Assembly: GCF_006345805.1 (NCBI RefSeq)
Contig: NW_021829174.1
Coordinates: forward strand, 1 to 6,737
Length of the DNA stretch: 6,737 nucleotides
Direction of reading: 5' to 3'
Source: Octopus sinensis
Lineage: Eukaryota
The notes below the pieces were generated by a model that was not told where the DNA came from, ran no database searches, and worked only from the letters and a program-made list of their open reading frames with translations. This document shows, piece after piece, positions 6,035 through 6,737 of the stretch. The position numbers and the translations under genes are program-made. Each line of letters starts with the position of its first letter. Position 1 is the stretch's first letter.

Positions 6035-6273
6035 CATTCAGAAGTGGAATCATTGACAGGCAGGCAGTAATTCTTTGAAGTGCCCTAATGGGTTTAAAAA
6101 CTAGGACTGTCCCTGTTTGTTTATATTTATTAATAGATCATATGGCGAAGTGACGGTATTACGTTCATCCATGAGGTGGCAGACGAATAGCCGACTCCTT
6201 GGTCTGTCGTTGTCCATATTCCTTTCCATATAAATGATTAGGTATTAAACCTATTATTAGAGTGGTCAAAAGC

Positions 6274-6496
6274 GGCGGCGAGCTGGCAAAAACGTTAGCA
6301 CGCCGGCGAAATGCTTAGCGGTATTTCGTCTGCCGCTACGTTCTGAGTTCAAATTCCGCCGAGGTCAACTTTGCCTTTCATCCTTTCGGGTCGATTAATA
6401 AGTACCATTCGCACTGGTCGATATATCGACTTAATCCGTTTGTCTGTCCTTGTTTGTCCCCGCTATGTTTAGCCCCTTGTGGGCAGTAAAGAAATA
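6274..6496 (+). mobile_element. Third-family SINE, well preserved left unit of a dimer
   Basis: GGCGGCGAGCTGGC head, B-box-like GAGTTCAAATTC and GGTCAACTTTGCCTTTCATCCTTTCGGGTCGAT core. Its 3' segment (TTAATCCGTTTGTCTGTCC...GCCCCTTGTGGGCAGTAAAGAAATA) differs from copies A and B. Confidence 0.92.
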
Positions 6497-6668
6497 GGTA
6501 TTTCATCCCTCTCTAAGTTCAGCGTTCAAATTCCGCCGAAGTCGATTTTGCCTTTCATCGTTTCAGGGTCGATAATTAAGTACAGTTGCGTACTGGGTAG
6601 ATTCTAATCGACTGGCCCCTCTCCTCCCCAAATTTCAGGCCTTGTGCCTATAATAGAAAGAATTATTA
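6497..6668 (+). mobile_element. Headless right unit of the SINE dimer
   Basis: Restarts at GGTATTTC...GTTCAAATTCCGCCGAAGTCGATTTTGCCTTTCATC and ends GGCCTTGTGCCTATAATAGAAAGAATTATT. Confidence 0.9.
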
Positions 6669-6737
6669 GAGCGTGCCAATCATCAGAGATTCGAACAAAT
6701 TAACTTGCGATATTCAGTTCGACTTTTTATGTCTTTG

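Overview
Eukaryotic, AT-rich, mostly non-coding DNA, probably intronic or intergenic. The SINE, LINE and (TACA)n/(AT)n repeat content resembles what I recall from Octopus/cephalopod genomes; this is from memory and was not checked against a database. The window is a mosaic of tRNA-derived SINEs (about 3 families, 7-8 copies or fragments), two decayed 3' fragments of restriction-like-endonuclease (RLE) non-LTR retrotransposons, and many microsatellites. One RLE fragment sits inside a (TACA)n array. The best candidate for host coding sequence is a 120-nt, phase 1-1 exon on the + strand (4490-4609) that the ORF track misses. Nearly all listed ORFs are microsatellite or SINE artefacts. I see no new biological system. 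The most interesting points are the hidden exon, the microsatellite-embedded retrotransposon with a templated 5' junction, a SINE dimer inside a single target-site duplication (TSD), and an unexplained ~195-bp duplication.
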